DNA of 64,000 bases from Styela clava (taxonomy: Eukaryota): NCBI RefSeq assembly GCF_964204865.1, contig NC_135254.1:15438001-15502000 (forward strand), given 5' to 3'. The notes beneath the pieces were generated by a model. It did not search any database. It was not told the DNA's origin and saw only the letters and a list, made by a program, of their open reading frames with translations. A program made the position numbers and the translations under genes. This document shows, in pieces, positions 25,550-40,600 of the stretch (its first letter is position 1; the number at the start of each line of letters is the position of its first letter).

Positions 25550-25616
25550 ATGGATTTACCTCAATTTCGGATTATTTTTCAAGCGGCAATTTTTCTTCCA
25601 TTTTTATTTGTTTACG
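25550..25616 (+). CDS. NOTCH: Notch exon 1, signal peptide [22 protein letters not shown]
   Basis: aaaaATGG start, hydrophobic stretch, G|gtatgt donor in the phase needed by the 25923 exon. Confidence 0.8.
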
Positions 25617-28600
25617 GTATGTTATTTATTCTATTGTTTCATACAGTGTTGTAGATTGTTTTAGTCAGATATTTATCTAAAAAAGTCAATTGTGGAATGA
25701 AAATTCTCACATGAGTACAGTTGAGCTGTATAGGAGCATTCTTCACAATATTTCACCGAAATAAAATAGGAGATTAAATATTGCTTGATATATGTGATTT
25801 CTTCCTTGGTCATATTTTTGAGAAAATTTATGTGTATTGACGCTGTTTTATATTTTAGCGAGAATAATGAAGTTAAATAAAAATGTGCTTGGAATATGTT
25901 AATTATATGTTTCATTTTTTAGCATCTGGTTGTTCATCTAATGCGGATTGCACAAGTGGCCAAATATGTATAAGTTCAGTTTGCAGGTAATGTTTGCTAC
26001 GTTCATTTTCATCTATTTATTGCATTGAGTTTTGTGGGAAAAATTTCGTATGTGCTATTGTGTTCAAACATAATTATGGGAAATTTTTCGTCTCTGTTTA
26101 TTTGAAGAAATCAACAATTTGTATCCGTATGTTTCAAATACATAAAATAGCTGGTTTTCATTTAAATGATTATCACGTTATTGTATATCTATTAATGTTG
26201 AATATCAATTTTATGTTAACAGGATATGTATAGACCATTTAATTACATCCTGATTGCGTCTAGTTATAGGTTGTGCATGTATTACACCAATTAATTTGCA
26301 ATATTCAGTTTTATATTTATTCTGAATATGCCTAATTTATACTATTTATCCGACTTTGTATTTTTTATAAAACAATTAACGGTACAAATAAAATTGTTTT
26401 CGAAACTTCTATTTTAAGAATTTATAGTATATTTTGAAAAAGACCCTGAACTTTGAGGATTTTACTCATTTTTAGGCATTTAGGCTGATTTTATTTTTTT
26501 CTTAAATTATTTAATATGAATGAATTTTATTCATAAAACTATCACATTATTTCTTTTATAGTGTATCTCCATGTGCTTCATCACCTTGTGATAATAGCGG
26601 AACGTGTGGCGTAGTAGCAACATCTTCCACTGACTATACATGGCAATGTTCTTGCCCATCTACATATATGGGTAAGCATATTTGAGAGTTTTGAAAGATT
26701 TAAAGTTATTACCACTTTATTGATGTGCCATCAAAATTTACCGTATTCATTTTTTTCACATCAGTCGGTCATGATTTTCTAATCTGAACTATTTTAAGGC
26801 ATCTATTAGAGTGTGCCAGTTCCTTATATGGAACATTATTATTTACTGATTGTTTGTAATCATTTCTGGCGAATTCTATAATGAAATTTATTCTGTGTTT
26901 TCTTTAGGGACCACATGCAGTGATTACAATTACTGTCATTCAAACCCATGCAATCACGGAACTTGTACTGTCGTGTCAAACAGTTTTGAATGCACTTGCA
27001 CGGATGGCTATTATGGTGACACGTGTGCCAATGATAAAGATGAATGTTCTGACAATCCTAACCTATGTGCGGTATGCCGATTCATTATATTACTCAATAA
27101 TAGACATTGTTAATTCTATCTTTGTACCTTGGATACTAAGGCTGTTATCATAATTTTCCATATAGCTTACACTATGAAAAATCCAGCAATGTAACCATCG
27201 GAGGCAGTAATTCACAGTTTATTTACAGAAATAAAATTTCCGTTCACCTGGAAATTATATTTTTCGATACTGAGTCAATGATGCACACTATATCATATCC
27301 CTACATGTATGATGCAGTGACCGTTTTTTTACTAGTAATAGGGGTGATGCATACTGTGTCACTTATGTAAGCAAGAGTTTAAATGTACAGTGGTTAAACT
27401 GGGGTAATATGAGCATCAAAAACTAAAATTAGATTGTGTACTATACTATTAAATTGTTTAGCAGCTTAAAGCTTTTGATTTTATCAAGCTGGTGAAACTT
27501 GGTACGAAGTCTTCAACTAGTTCGTTCGTTGTTTAAAAAAAATAATGATATTTAAAAAACCCTGATTTTCATGAATCAGGATAGTAGCATCATCAACATG
27601 AGTTATGGCACATATCTTAAAGAAATCATATTCTAGAATATTTTCATCATTATGTGACAGCTCACCCTCATAAATTCCGACAATACCATGCCAATATTTG
27701 ATTGATTATTGATAGGATTATTTAAAAAACTATATTTTTAATTTGTAATAGACTGTTTATCCGCAAAATGAACAGTATTTTAAACAAAGTTTAAGACATA
27801 TATGGACACCAGACATATATAGACATTTGTGAAACGTAGCTCCCGCTTACGAAACTCTTTATTGTTCGAATCAACTGATTTGCGCTTGTTTTGCTTCAAC
27901 TTCCGTGATCATTCAATTAAATGTAATTATCAAATTACTTCGGGTACTTAATTATATGATACTTCAGGAATTTTTAATCGCCAGAAGCAAAAGTCTTTAA
28001 CATAAAATAAAATATCTAAGTATAATGGTGTTACGTTGGGGAACAAGTAGACAATTGTATTTTAATTGACCAACAAGGTGAATTCCTTCAGCTTCTATTA
28101 TGTATAACTCTTAACCTAAATTGCTTAGTCAAGCGGAACATTTTATTAATTTGTAATGATGAATTTATTACTTTATAAATTTTATGTAATTTGTTTATTG
28201 TCTCCCCCTCATGCAAAATTATTGTTACTCTTTTTATGAGCGCATCATCTTTCGCTTGTGAGAATTTAACGACTATAGTTCCAAGTGCCACTTATAATTT
28301 GTGCCTCGTTATCGTTTATTGTTATTTAAAATTAAGAGTAGGTGTCTTTTATCATTGTTCCTTTCAAGGATGACTGACTTAATGTATTATAGATTTTCAG
28401 TTTCAAACTTTGATTTTCATCTACTCCATACAGGCAAAATTATTGATGTACTGGGTGACTCAAAAAAAACTGAACCCACAAATTTCTTGATCACTTTTGA
28501 AGGAAATACATTTAACTCATAAACTTATGTTTGTATATGATTGTATCCAAAAGTTTCAGTAACACTTAGCACAAAAGTTAAGTTCTCTCTAGAATATATT

Positions 28601-31600
28601 CCAAATGACATGGGTTCTCTTTTGACGTCACCCTGTACCATTCTCCTGGGTAACTTATGTAGTTATGTAGTAAAAGATAACCTATAATCCTATATCACTA
28701 TTTTTTTGGAAAATTTATTAGAAAATAATAGATTCAAACATCATTGGTTTTGTTTGTTCTTTGTTCATGCTTGTAAATTGAACTACCTGCCGCAACTGTG
28801 TAATTCAGTAGACATTTGGTCAATATTAGCTTTATAATAATAGGTGATTTTATATGAGAACTTAGTATTGTTTATTTTTACACACTATTATTCATTGTAA
28901 AACAAATTTAGTCGGCAAAAGATTGATTTATCATAATAGTCATTGTTATTCTGAAATATTTGTTATTCACATGCACTTTTCATCTGTACATAATGGAGTT
29001 TGGTTGTTCTATTATAACAAATTTAGTTTCGAAATTTCTAACTTGGTGTATCAGTCAAATCATTTTCCCACATATCTCATGTAAAAAGTACTTCATATAC
29101 ATTTCATACAGACATGTGTGTATTGTTACATAGCTTACTAACAGGGTATATTTCACTTTGATATGATGATTTATTTGATCCCGCCCGCATGAGAACCAAT
29201 AATTGATACGCCACGCTTATTATCTTCATCATATTTAAATACGTTGAGTTTATTTGTTGAATTACGCATAAGGGTTCGTATATTTACCGAATCACAATCG
29301 TCGGAGTAAAATTACATTTTCAACTTTTCGGCTACTGGACCCCATTGTGATTTCACAAAAGCGTACGCTGTGCCATCTTGTTTTAAAGCAACCCTATTTT
29401 TATGTCGGCGCCTCTAGCCGTTTTCCTTTTTTGCTTCCAAACACATTTCTTGGTTTATCGTTGGATACTTAATCTTGTTCGTTACGCTTCACTAGCGTGG
29501 GAAAGGATTTCGATGAAAGTTCGCGCGCGCCTGAGGAGAGACGTTACCCTGTTTCTTTATTTATCACTCCACGACAAAAAGAGATAAACGAACGCCGTCG
29601 GGTCGCACTCCGCATACAATACAATATGTCGAAATAAAGCAACCTAGCGGCTCAGCTTGCGGTCTATGATAACATTATTTACGATATGCATAAATCCGAT
29701 ATACATCTTTACCGCGTCCTAGACGTAATTTTACCGATCTTACAAAACATTAAATGTCGATTAGAATTTCTCGTCACAGAAGTTTATATTTTATAATGTC
29801 AAATTGCCTGCGATAATGGTGTATAATTACCAATAATTGTACCGTCTATCCAAATATTAACCGTGAATTTGAAAGTTTTTAATTTTAAAAATTAGAGCGA
29901 AAATGAATCAAATATTTTCGTTCTTTTTTTTCTTGAATTATTATTATTAATTTTCTTAAGAATAGACGTTTGACTATAGCCTTTACTAATATGACTATTA
30001 CTTTTTATTATTTTCTAATATCAATTTTCACGGATTAAATTGTAAAACAAACAATGACATACGGATTTCGTCTTGTCGACGAATTCTTTAGGCAAAAATA
30101 TCAACTTAGCTTGTCATCGTGTTTCGTTAGGACAAGTCGTCGGCCTGCTGCTGAAAGGCAGGTGCGAAGCGGCGACGACCATCGCGACCTAAGCTTTAAT
30201 TTTCAATCGCTTGATCGTTTTATAATTCTTCATAAATAATGCGCAATTCGTGTCGCTATCTCTATAATTTTGTTCCTCAATTTGCCATCCACGATTCGCA
30301 GATCGGTTTCACACTTGTATGATAAAGCCTAGCCCAGAGAAAAGATTTTCCTGGAATTCGTCGCCCATACACGATTTATTATTTCAAAAAAAAAATGAAC
30401 TTGTATTGTTTTAAACAAAACAAGTTATTTTTACATTTTAAAGTACCCTCGTGAAATAGAAAACTGAGGAGCATTGTGGAGAGCGGGGGTTGATCTTTAA
30501 GTCAAATACCCGTTACACGGCAGATGAAATTTTAATGCCCACTTGTGACGTCACGTGTCCCTGGTTTTCTGTAATTACAGTATATGCGGATAAAGATCAA
30601 GTACTTATCGCCTCCACACAAGAGCGCTTTCTGAATTTAATTATTGTGTTATTTTGCTTTGACAATCCACATAGAATTTGTGAAATAAATGGCGACTCTA
30701 ACCGGTGTGAAAGCATCTATTTCGAATATTTTTTCGACTATTCTTTTTACCAAATGTGTTGTAAAAACTTAATTGGTGCAGCGTGTTCCTAATTACTGCT
30801 TCTTTTTCTGTCCTTTGCGTTTGAAACAATGAGATGAATATTCATGACAATACCAATAATTTCAAACATGACCAACTAGATAAACATATATAATTTGCAA
30901 GCATCTAACTACAATTAGTTTTGGGGAAATAATTGGCTTTTACGTTTCTATTTTTGATATTATATTCGAATACGTTCTCGAAATTTCAAGTTTGTAAAAA
31001 CTTAATACCTACTTAGGTATAAGCTTGCCCGATATTGTATATTGTGTGATCTTGTGCGTCATTGCAATGCCTTATTTCAAAGTAGCTAAAGTATAGTATA
31101 CAAATAAGACTGGGTCGTTTTAATATTGATCACATTTGAATATCTGAGTCTGACTACAGAAATTAATTTTTTTTCTTATCGCCGTATCAACAGCATACAC
31201 CTGCGTGTCAGATTGTAGACTAAACATGGTGTTTAATTTCTCCTGGAAGATAATATTTACCAAAATTCGAATTGTAAGCCGTGGGTATGCAGCACCAACT
31301 TTGCATAGTATGTAGGCGATTTACAAAAATTGCGTTGTCGTAAATTTTCACAATAATGCTGTTATGCAATGATCGCCTATATTTTCTGCCATATAGAACT
31401 TCTCTTCCGAACAATTTGCAAGACGCGCTCAAGGCTTGATTCAATGTTAACCTTTTGCCAACAAGCGACGACATTTAGGAGACTTAATTACTCGGTACAT
31501 TATGAGTTAATATACCGCACTTTGCCTTATGTTTCATTCAAAAATATTTATTATATCTGATCGACGTTTTGGGATTAACTGACGCCATATGTGTGCCAAT

Positions 31601-34600
31601 TGTTTCCTAATTTACTTTCGAGGACCCTCACAATGATTAGTCACTACTTCCTGCCTCGATGTCTTTTCTGGCTGAGTGATTTTCTCCAAGGGAAATTATT
31701 CTGCACCAATCATGATACGAGAATAAAATTTGTTTCAGTTACATTTCTTACGTGTTTCATTGCAAAGAAATTCAGCTTCCGATTGATCTTTGACTCGAGT
31801 TGCAGGACACGTAGTGACTCATACGTTCATGCACTATTCAGAAGTTTAATTTGTATTTAAAAATAATTAAAACGTTTTAAATTAAATGCCGATTTTTTCA
31901 GCCATTTTTTTTGCGTCAATGGATATGCGACTTTCATACATCTCTAGAAATATCATTGTCAAGTTACACCAACAAAATTATTTTTTTCACGGTCGGATTT
32001 TTGTCTTTTGGCACACAATATAAGGTCATAGATAGTTCATTTTTTACATTGTGCAACACCTACTATTTCGTTTTTTACTGAACGCCGTTTTTTTTCAGTT
32101 GATTACTATTATTGATATTAATTATTCGCTTTAAACCGTTGAAAAAATTGGTATTTAATACGTGTTATAATTTTCAATACGCCATATTACTATCATAATT
32201 GTATACTGTATTTTTCATTGTGGTACGATTTCAAAGGATAAACAAGGCACACAGGCTGCGTTTTCATTCAATTTTTCATTTCAAATCAATTATCGTTTTG
32301 TGCGTTTGTAGTTTAAAAAGATATTGTCTAGTTATGTTGCTACGATTCCAGTTTATTTATTGAAACTAAGTTTCGGCGATGAATATCCAACAACGTTTTG
32401 ATACGGAAAATCATCGATTGGATATGGACAACGTATAAAACGCTTCTCAAATAATTTGTGATGTATGAGGACGGTCCAATTTCGCTCGAAATCATTCTGT
32501 TAATGTTGTTGAAGTACCAGAACTTTCGTTGAATTTAACACAGAGAAAACAACGGCCTTTATATTTATGTCTTTTTAGATATGATCATTATGAAGGTTAT
32601 AGTGATTTATATCATTTTCCTGATGGACTTGCCCCCAGTTTAGAATGTATTGATATTCCTCATTCAAAAATATTTTTTCAGAATGTATTTCAAATAGTAA
32701 AATTGGTTTGGGCCCCAGATTTTAGTTTTAACTTCAGTCAGTATTAAAAAAGATTTGTGCAATTTATTATACGTGTAATACGTTTCTGTCTCGTTTGTAA
32801 GTGTAATTATGTTGCAGTGTTTTTCTGATACCGCTCATTGTGTATCATTGTAACAATTCTCAGGGGCCGTGTTACGCGCCTACGAACTATCGAATTTCGT
32901 TTTCAACCGTATTGTGAAATATACTGTTGTATTCGTTTCCGCTAAAAGTGCGCATCCGTGTCGGGCGACTGCTTGGTAAATTCCAATTGTCGCTATATAT
33001 CCAACTGTGATATTCTCATTTGGGGGATGTCTACACCCGAATATTTTGCCGTAATTAAATTCTACCTCAAATTTGGTCTATTTCGAATAATTTAAATGGA
33101 CTGATACATTTTGTTGAATATTGGGATGTTTGGTAACTCTTACATTGAAAATGGAAAATTAAATTATACATAAAGCAGTAATATTTATTGTGTAAATTCA
33201 AATATACCGATGAAAAATGTTGGAAATTGTGATGTTTGGTAACTTTTACACTGAAAATGGCAAATTATACATTAATTAAGCGGTAATATTTATTGTGTAA
33301 ATCATTACAAAACATATTATATTATTTTAAAACTTTTGTTTAATTCTCGCCGCTTGTCTAAACACCTTTTCGGAGTGTAAGTGGGAAAATGCATCTTGAA
33401 AATTCTTTAGACTTTTGAAGTATCTCCCGTCTTCATATTTATTAATTTGAAACCTTTAGGAACAGAACTGGAGATTCATGATTCCTTGTTTTGTCGGTAA
33501 ATTCGATAGACACTGTCATATATTTAATTGTGGATTTGTTTTCTTATTTCATCTTAATTTAGAAATTTTTAAAAAACATTCTCGAACATGGTTTGTTCGT
33601 TTTCTACCCAGTATTAAAACTTGCTTTACTTTTTTATATACTTAATGTGAAACAATTTGAATATAACAGAATCACAATTAAACTATATGGGTATTGGTAT
33701 TTTATTCCAACATCATTATAAAGCTACCACGGCGATATTTTTGTTCGTTAATTTATCGTGGGGTACTCGATGGAATAATTTATTCAAATTAATATCCCCC
33801 CTAAATACCTTATTATTATTCAAAATAATACAAATAATGACATCCCCCGTTGACTTTTCGGACAACATTTTGAGGTCACGCGATATAACTGACCAATTCA
33901 CCATCTGTTGTCAGTCTTTTGTTATTTTAATGATTTCCTTGCGTTGTTAATTGCGTTGACAAAAAAAAATCAAAAATTGACTTTTTCGGGCGTTGCACCA
34001 TAATAGATTGAGAGTTTTTGAATGGATCTAATCACTCAAATTCGATTTTGAGAAATACTAAAACGAATGGTATAAATTATATATTCTTTCTGTATATACA
34101 AATAACCTTTATTTATTATTCGATAAATACGGTGTTCGACGGTCGAAATATAACGTTATGAAAATTGAACACAAATTTTGCGTTAGGATAATAAAAGTTT
34201 TTTTTTGCGAATTAAATATTTGTATTAATTGTTTTATTAATTATATATCAAAATATAAGTAACCTTGTGAAAATTTCATTTTTCCGATCTTATTCGTCAT
34301 GATATTTTATTTCATTTTCCATATTGTAACAACGATTATCATATTGTATTTTAATTTATGTCCGATAATATTAACTCGTCTTTCGGTATTTACTAATATA
34401 GATTTTTTAATTACCGGTTTGCGTAATTCATAATGTTCATTCATGCAGTTATAATCATAACACATTTACATTTATAATTCGAATTCGATAGACGCAGTAT
34501 GTCTTCCGCGAAAGCGCAAATGAGCACTTACGAAAAAGCCGATTTATTACTCACTGTAGAAATATTATCTGATTTATCCACGGTGGAGAATAGATCTTCT

Positions 34601-37600
34601 CTGGTCTACGATTGGACAAGGATAACAAGCGCACATATCTCTAACGGCGATAAATACTAGTCTCGGGACGGAAGCCGCGATAATTCCCGATTTAAGTACA
34701 AGTCAATCCCGCAGAAGTCTATTTTAATTTTTGTTTGTTCTTAGCGACAATTAATCTTTCGTTTTAACAAAAAGAAACAGAAAGTATGAAAACTTGAGAG
34801 GTGTACAATAGAAATTCCTATCAGCCCCTAACAAAACAAAAAAGCCGAGACCCCTTTTCTGAATACACGTACCTTTTTGTTAAGTCAACATTAGGTACAC
34901 TGTTAATCGTAACACCATACGGAAAGCGTTGCGTCATATCTTTTTTGTCTGATCACACGCGGACGACTGTTTTTATTTTTTAAACCACTTTTTTAAACGT
35001 AACAATTTAATATAAGTTATGGGCGCTATGACGTCATACGAGAAATGATATATTCTGACAACACCTGCTTGATGTTTCGATTCAGATATTGTGGCTGTAA
35101 CATGCTAGGGAATACCATATCGATGAACGCTATTTATCGAATTTGTGCAAAAAATGTGCATTTTAATTTTGCAGGCTTTAGCGTAAGTAGATCTCCTCAA
35201 ATAACATTGAATTGACTCATTTTATGCTACGCATGCCATGCGTAAAATATGCGATAAAGTACATTTATTTTGTGCTCGTAAGGTCTGGGGCGTTCGTCGT
35301 TTTATTTTATTTCAAATCTAGTTTAAAGAAATGATCCCCACGCATTATTGTAAATGATGATTCATACATAGGATGGATGATTTATGTCCCCATACTCTCT
35401 TTTATAAGCGACTACCAATCATATATTCATTGAATATACTTAAACTAAAATGTTGTCAGTCAACACCATTAGAGTAGAAAATATGATATGGTGGTATTTC
35501 AGCATGCTTCGATGAATGGCCCACCTGCATTTGTGGTAATTGTGATATTTTATGACCCTTTTTGAAATTTGTTGATTTTGATGCCAATTAGCACAAACTT
35601 CGTGTGGTGTTTTGATACTCCCCAAGAGCGCGATATGATTTATTGTTTACAACTGATGAATTGATACTCCCATGGGACCTTTGGGCGTTAGAGAGGTTTC
35701 TGGCTCAACACCAATTCTATTATTCATATTATATAAAAAAGACATGTGATCAACAAATTTTTTTGACAGTCAAATTTCAGTTGGATTTATTTTGCGTGAT
35801 TGACCAGTTATATAAGATGTCCATAAAGTCTTAAAATTGTTTACATTTGCAAAGGGAATTTATCGATACCATATATTGTTTTGGCCCTCACATATGTATT
35901 AATTACATAAAGTAAAAATACTTAGACAGTTGGGCACTGATCAAAAAGCCTGGTTAAGATATATTGAGAACTGACTTTATAACAAAATTGAGATTGTAAA
36001 GAGACTTTAGGTCTTAGGAGTTAGGACATTCCGTATTATTACATGTCAAAAATTTTCTCTCCGTATTATTACATGGTCAAAAATTTTCTCTGTCTGGCCT
36101 TTTACTCACACCTTTTCTAGGTATTCTTATATTTGTGTACTTACTGTACAGCAGCTGTTGCTATTGTGTTTATATTTTTTGAAAGGAATATATATATACC
36201 ACCCCACAATAGAACCAGATTAGCTAATAGTTTATGTCAAATTTCAAGGTTTTGTGAAAATCTGATTTTACTAACAGTTTGGTTCTAACAGCAAAAACTA
36301 AAACATATTTTTATTTTGAAACAGACCAGAATATGTCCCCTGGCCCATAATGATAGATTAAAAAAAAAATCCATTAAAAAAAAATGTGACATGAACATCT
36401 TTCACAGCGGAAGATAGTGATTGGTGAAACAGGAAAGCTTTATTGCTGTTGTCATTTAAATATCTTTTCGTTTTTTATTTTAGAATGGCGGAAATTGCAT
36501 TAATGTTGATGGCTCTTACTCATGTGATTGTCTGACAGGTATGGTATTCCTTTTAGTTGTGGAATAATTATATATTTACTATGAAAACTTCTGAGTGAGT
36601 CTGTGGGACCTTCCTTTAAGCCAATTTTCTAAAAACAAGTTGAAAAAATTGGAGAAAAGTGTTTCAAACTGTTATACCTTTCGATCTTTTTAATAGACCC
36701 TAAAATTAATATCAAATATAGTGTTGATTATCATATTATATTATCCTACCAATAAATTTATTCTTGCTTTACTAGGGTTTGAAGGAACTCATTGTGAAGA
36801 CAACACAGATGATTGTATCGGTAATGAATGTGCTGCGGGATCAACTTGTGTTGATGAATTGAATGATTATTTCTGCGTTTGTGCCGAGGGTTGGACCGGT
36901 AAGAGTTATCTATTTTTGCCTTTACACATTTACACCTAACAAACATATCCGACTAACTTGTGAAAGAAACAAAATACTCCTGGTTTCGAAATATGATATA
37001 TGTAATGTTTAGAAACGGAATGCTATATATCTCAATAGTTATTAAATATTTCACAAACAAATCATTTCTAATATCTCACAAATGAAATAGTTTTAATCAT
37101 CTGAATTTGTGAATTTATTTTTAATATTTTTGATTTTGATACTTTTTGTGGTTTTCAAAATTTTTCTGATTTTTTATTGTTTTTTTTAGGTACTCATTGC
37201 AAGGAAGACATGGACGAATGTAACGATGGTACAACAAGATGTATGAATGGAGGAACATGCATCAATACAGAAGGTATACAATTTGTTAGAGTACTCACAC
37301 TTACACTACACACACTCACACAGAGTACATTTAAAAAATGATTGGCTCATTATTTGTGTTGTGTTGTGCTAAACAATACAGTATACCATTTAGCATTCTC
37401 AGAATTTTAAGTAATGAATTTATAACGATGAATTTGGTTACAGTTTATTTTTAACATTTTAACTAACTAATTTATATAATTTATTCATGGTCACACAGGA
37501 TACAGCTTCAAGAAATAGACTTCAACTGGAATATTTTTGTGAATTTTATAATTTTGATGATGTTTCTTCAACTTGTTTTAATTTCATTTTGGTTACAGGT

Positions 37601-40600
37601 TATTTTCAATGTAAATTTTTCCAAATTTTAACTAACTAACACAGGATACAGCTTTAAAAAAGGCTTTATCTGGACTTCTAACATTTTTTTTGTAAATTTT
37701 TTAAATTTAATGAAGTTTTCTTTTCCCTTGTTTTATTTTCAATTTGGTTTAAGTTTATTTTCAACCTAATTTATACAGTGCCCCTGTGACAGTTGTGATA
37801 TTTTATTGGTTAATCAGAATTACTATTTGAATTTACTAATAATTTTTAATAGGCTCGTTCTCTTGCAACTGTGTGAATGGTTGGTCCGGAGATGACTGTA
37901 GTGAAAACATTGACGATTGTAGTTCTGCTGCTTGTTTTCACAATGCAACTTGTATCGACAAAGTTGGAACATTCGTTTGTGTGTGCGTTCCTGGGAAAAC
38001 TGGTACTTTTAATTTCATCACATTTTCAATTTTCAACTTTTTCTGAATTTATATTACATTTACTTTTTTTTCAGAAGTATTTACTATATAAAGGAAAGTG
38101 TGAAATAATCTATTTAATCCACTTTGAATCTGTGAATTCCATCATGTCCAGTACCAAGCCCGGGATGTAATAAAATTTGTAGGCTTGAAAAAAAAAAAGA
38201 TTTTAATTTAAAATTCCTAAGACTCTGGGCAAAAGGGTTGCTTACCTGAAGCCTTATTTAGAGCAATGATGTAAAAACCGCATGAAAAATATTTTGTAGT
38301 CTCAGCAGCTATATGTTCTTCTTAACTGATTTTGTCTCGAAAATGCTGAGAGGCAAAACCCAATTTCAACTTTAAATGCAACAGAGCGTAACTGTTTGTG
38401 TAATATAATTCTTATATTTTCGCTCCAATGCTTTTTGTAGCACGTCAGGAAATTGCTACTTCTTTTCTACCTGTGCTGAAGTAATTGTAATCCGTAACTC
38501 AAATTAAGTTTATTTTATTGAAATTTTCTCAATTTTAAGTAATTTATGAATTCTTAAGATGGTTTATATCTTTCCATACTATTCTTTATATAAAAAATGA
38601 CATAAAAATTTTGTACTATTACTTGTACAAAAATTTATTTAACACCTAAACTTCTGTTTGCTTATGATTGTACTCAGGTTTCGGTATTCTAGGACGCTTC
38701 AGTTGAAAATTATGTTCTCTCTGGAATTTGTTCCAAATTGGGTCAACCTTCTGTATTACAACATAGATTCTCACATTATTTTGTGTGATTTCAACTATTT
38801 TTTTTATATTTCTCAGGTATCCTTTGTCATTTGGATGATGCTTGTATCTCTAATCCATGTGCCAACGGATCAACTTGCGACACCAACCCCATTACAGGTC
38901 ACTGGATGTGTTCCTGTCCTGACGGTTACACGTCAAAAAGTTGTGATGTCAACATCAACGAATGTGAAATAGGTAGGAATTACGTAATAGGCTTAATTTA
39001 CGATGTCTACCGCATGTTTGTTTTTATATAAATATCAAGTATTGAAAACTTGATAAACAAAGATAAAATGATTTGAAATGGCAGGTGGAATCGCTTTGAA
39101 CATAATTTGGATATATTGTGGTTTTGCGTTAAACTGGATAGCTTAGAAAATGAATTTATTTATATTGATTTTTAGTTAGTATTATTTATGAGTGTCTCAA
39201 TTCTTAAATATTGGCTATTGCAAATTTTCTAAGACAGGATTATGTTGTTATTCGTATACCTATATTTTTTTTTATGTCTGTGCATATTTCATGATACTAC
39301 TTTGTTTAGGTTTTTATAATGAAAGACTTTCATATCAAAATGTATTTCCCACATAACATAGAAATAAACAATGTTATTTAGTAGCCACCAGCATATAGTA
39401 TAGTCCTTTGTCTGGGCTAGAGCTGAGGTTATCATAATCATTTATTCTTGGAGTCTTTTTGACTGAAATGAGTGAGATCTGGATAAAGTTTGTTGCTCAG
39501 ATAAATCAAGACTTCACGACGTTTTTATCGACGTATTAAAAGCGAGTGTGATTGTTTTTTTCATTCCTTCTGCGCTCTTTGCTTTTTTCTTCACCTTGAA
39601 ATGTTGTTCCGTTTTTTAGCATCTCAGTTTAGGATATAATATCTACGTTGTGTAATTTAAGTAACATGAAAAATAAACTGCTTTTTACATATCAGGCATA
39701 TTTTTAGATTGTTGCGAGTTCACAACTAATTTTAATAATCTATCCTATTTCAGGTGAAAATCCATGTGAACACGACGGCCAATGCATTGACACAGAAGGA
39801 TCATTCGAATGTGATTGTGCAGATGGATACACAGGACCTAGATGTGAAACCAACATAAATGAGTGTGAAAGCTCGCCATGTCAAAATGACGCAACCTGTC
39901 TTGACATGGTTGGAAAGTTTCAATGTGTTTGCATGCCAGGTAAATTTTTATACAACTTTTATTTACGACTTTTGCTCTGAACATGGGTGTATACAAGCAG
40001 CCACTGATACCTAACGATATGTGAGAAATTACCATTATTTAGAAGGATCGAATTCTTTGCCGATGCAGCATTGCCTACCCAGTTTATTACATCCTGAGTG
40101 AGGTAGGGCCGTAGGGGGTAGTTTTAGAATGGATCAAATGACTGACTGACCTCCTGACTGCTTCAATTTCAGCTGGGGGTTACACAAGGCTGCCCAGACA
40201 GTTCTCTATCCCTATCACTGTATTATTTCTTGAAGTGCAGTCATCCACTTTTAGTTTGTGGATGAGATGTGTGTCACCGTTTAATTATTAAGGTGGTTTC
40301 AGTGAGCCGTAAGATTTCTGAATAACCCGAAGTGGGCACATTTGCATTTTTTTAGATCTAAATTTGTCAGGGCCTGTATGATGAAACTTAAATTTTTGAA
40401 TATTACTTTTTGCAGGCTACACTGGACTATTGTGTGATATTGACATCATTGAATGTTCAAGCAACCCTTGTATGAATGGTGGAACATGTATCGATGAAAT
40501 CAATGGCTACACATGCAATTGTGCTTCGGGTAAGAGAATTTATTCTAACATGCGTGTAAATGAGGGCTGGGGGCGATGATGACATAACAGCCCAGTTCCT

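Noticed and set aside
33110-37770. Small local tandem duplications (~33110-33300, 36031-36090, ~37430-37770)
   Set aside because: Ordinary slippage-type intronic duplications with no coding or structural signal
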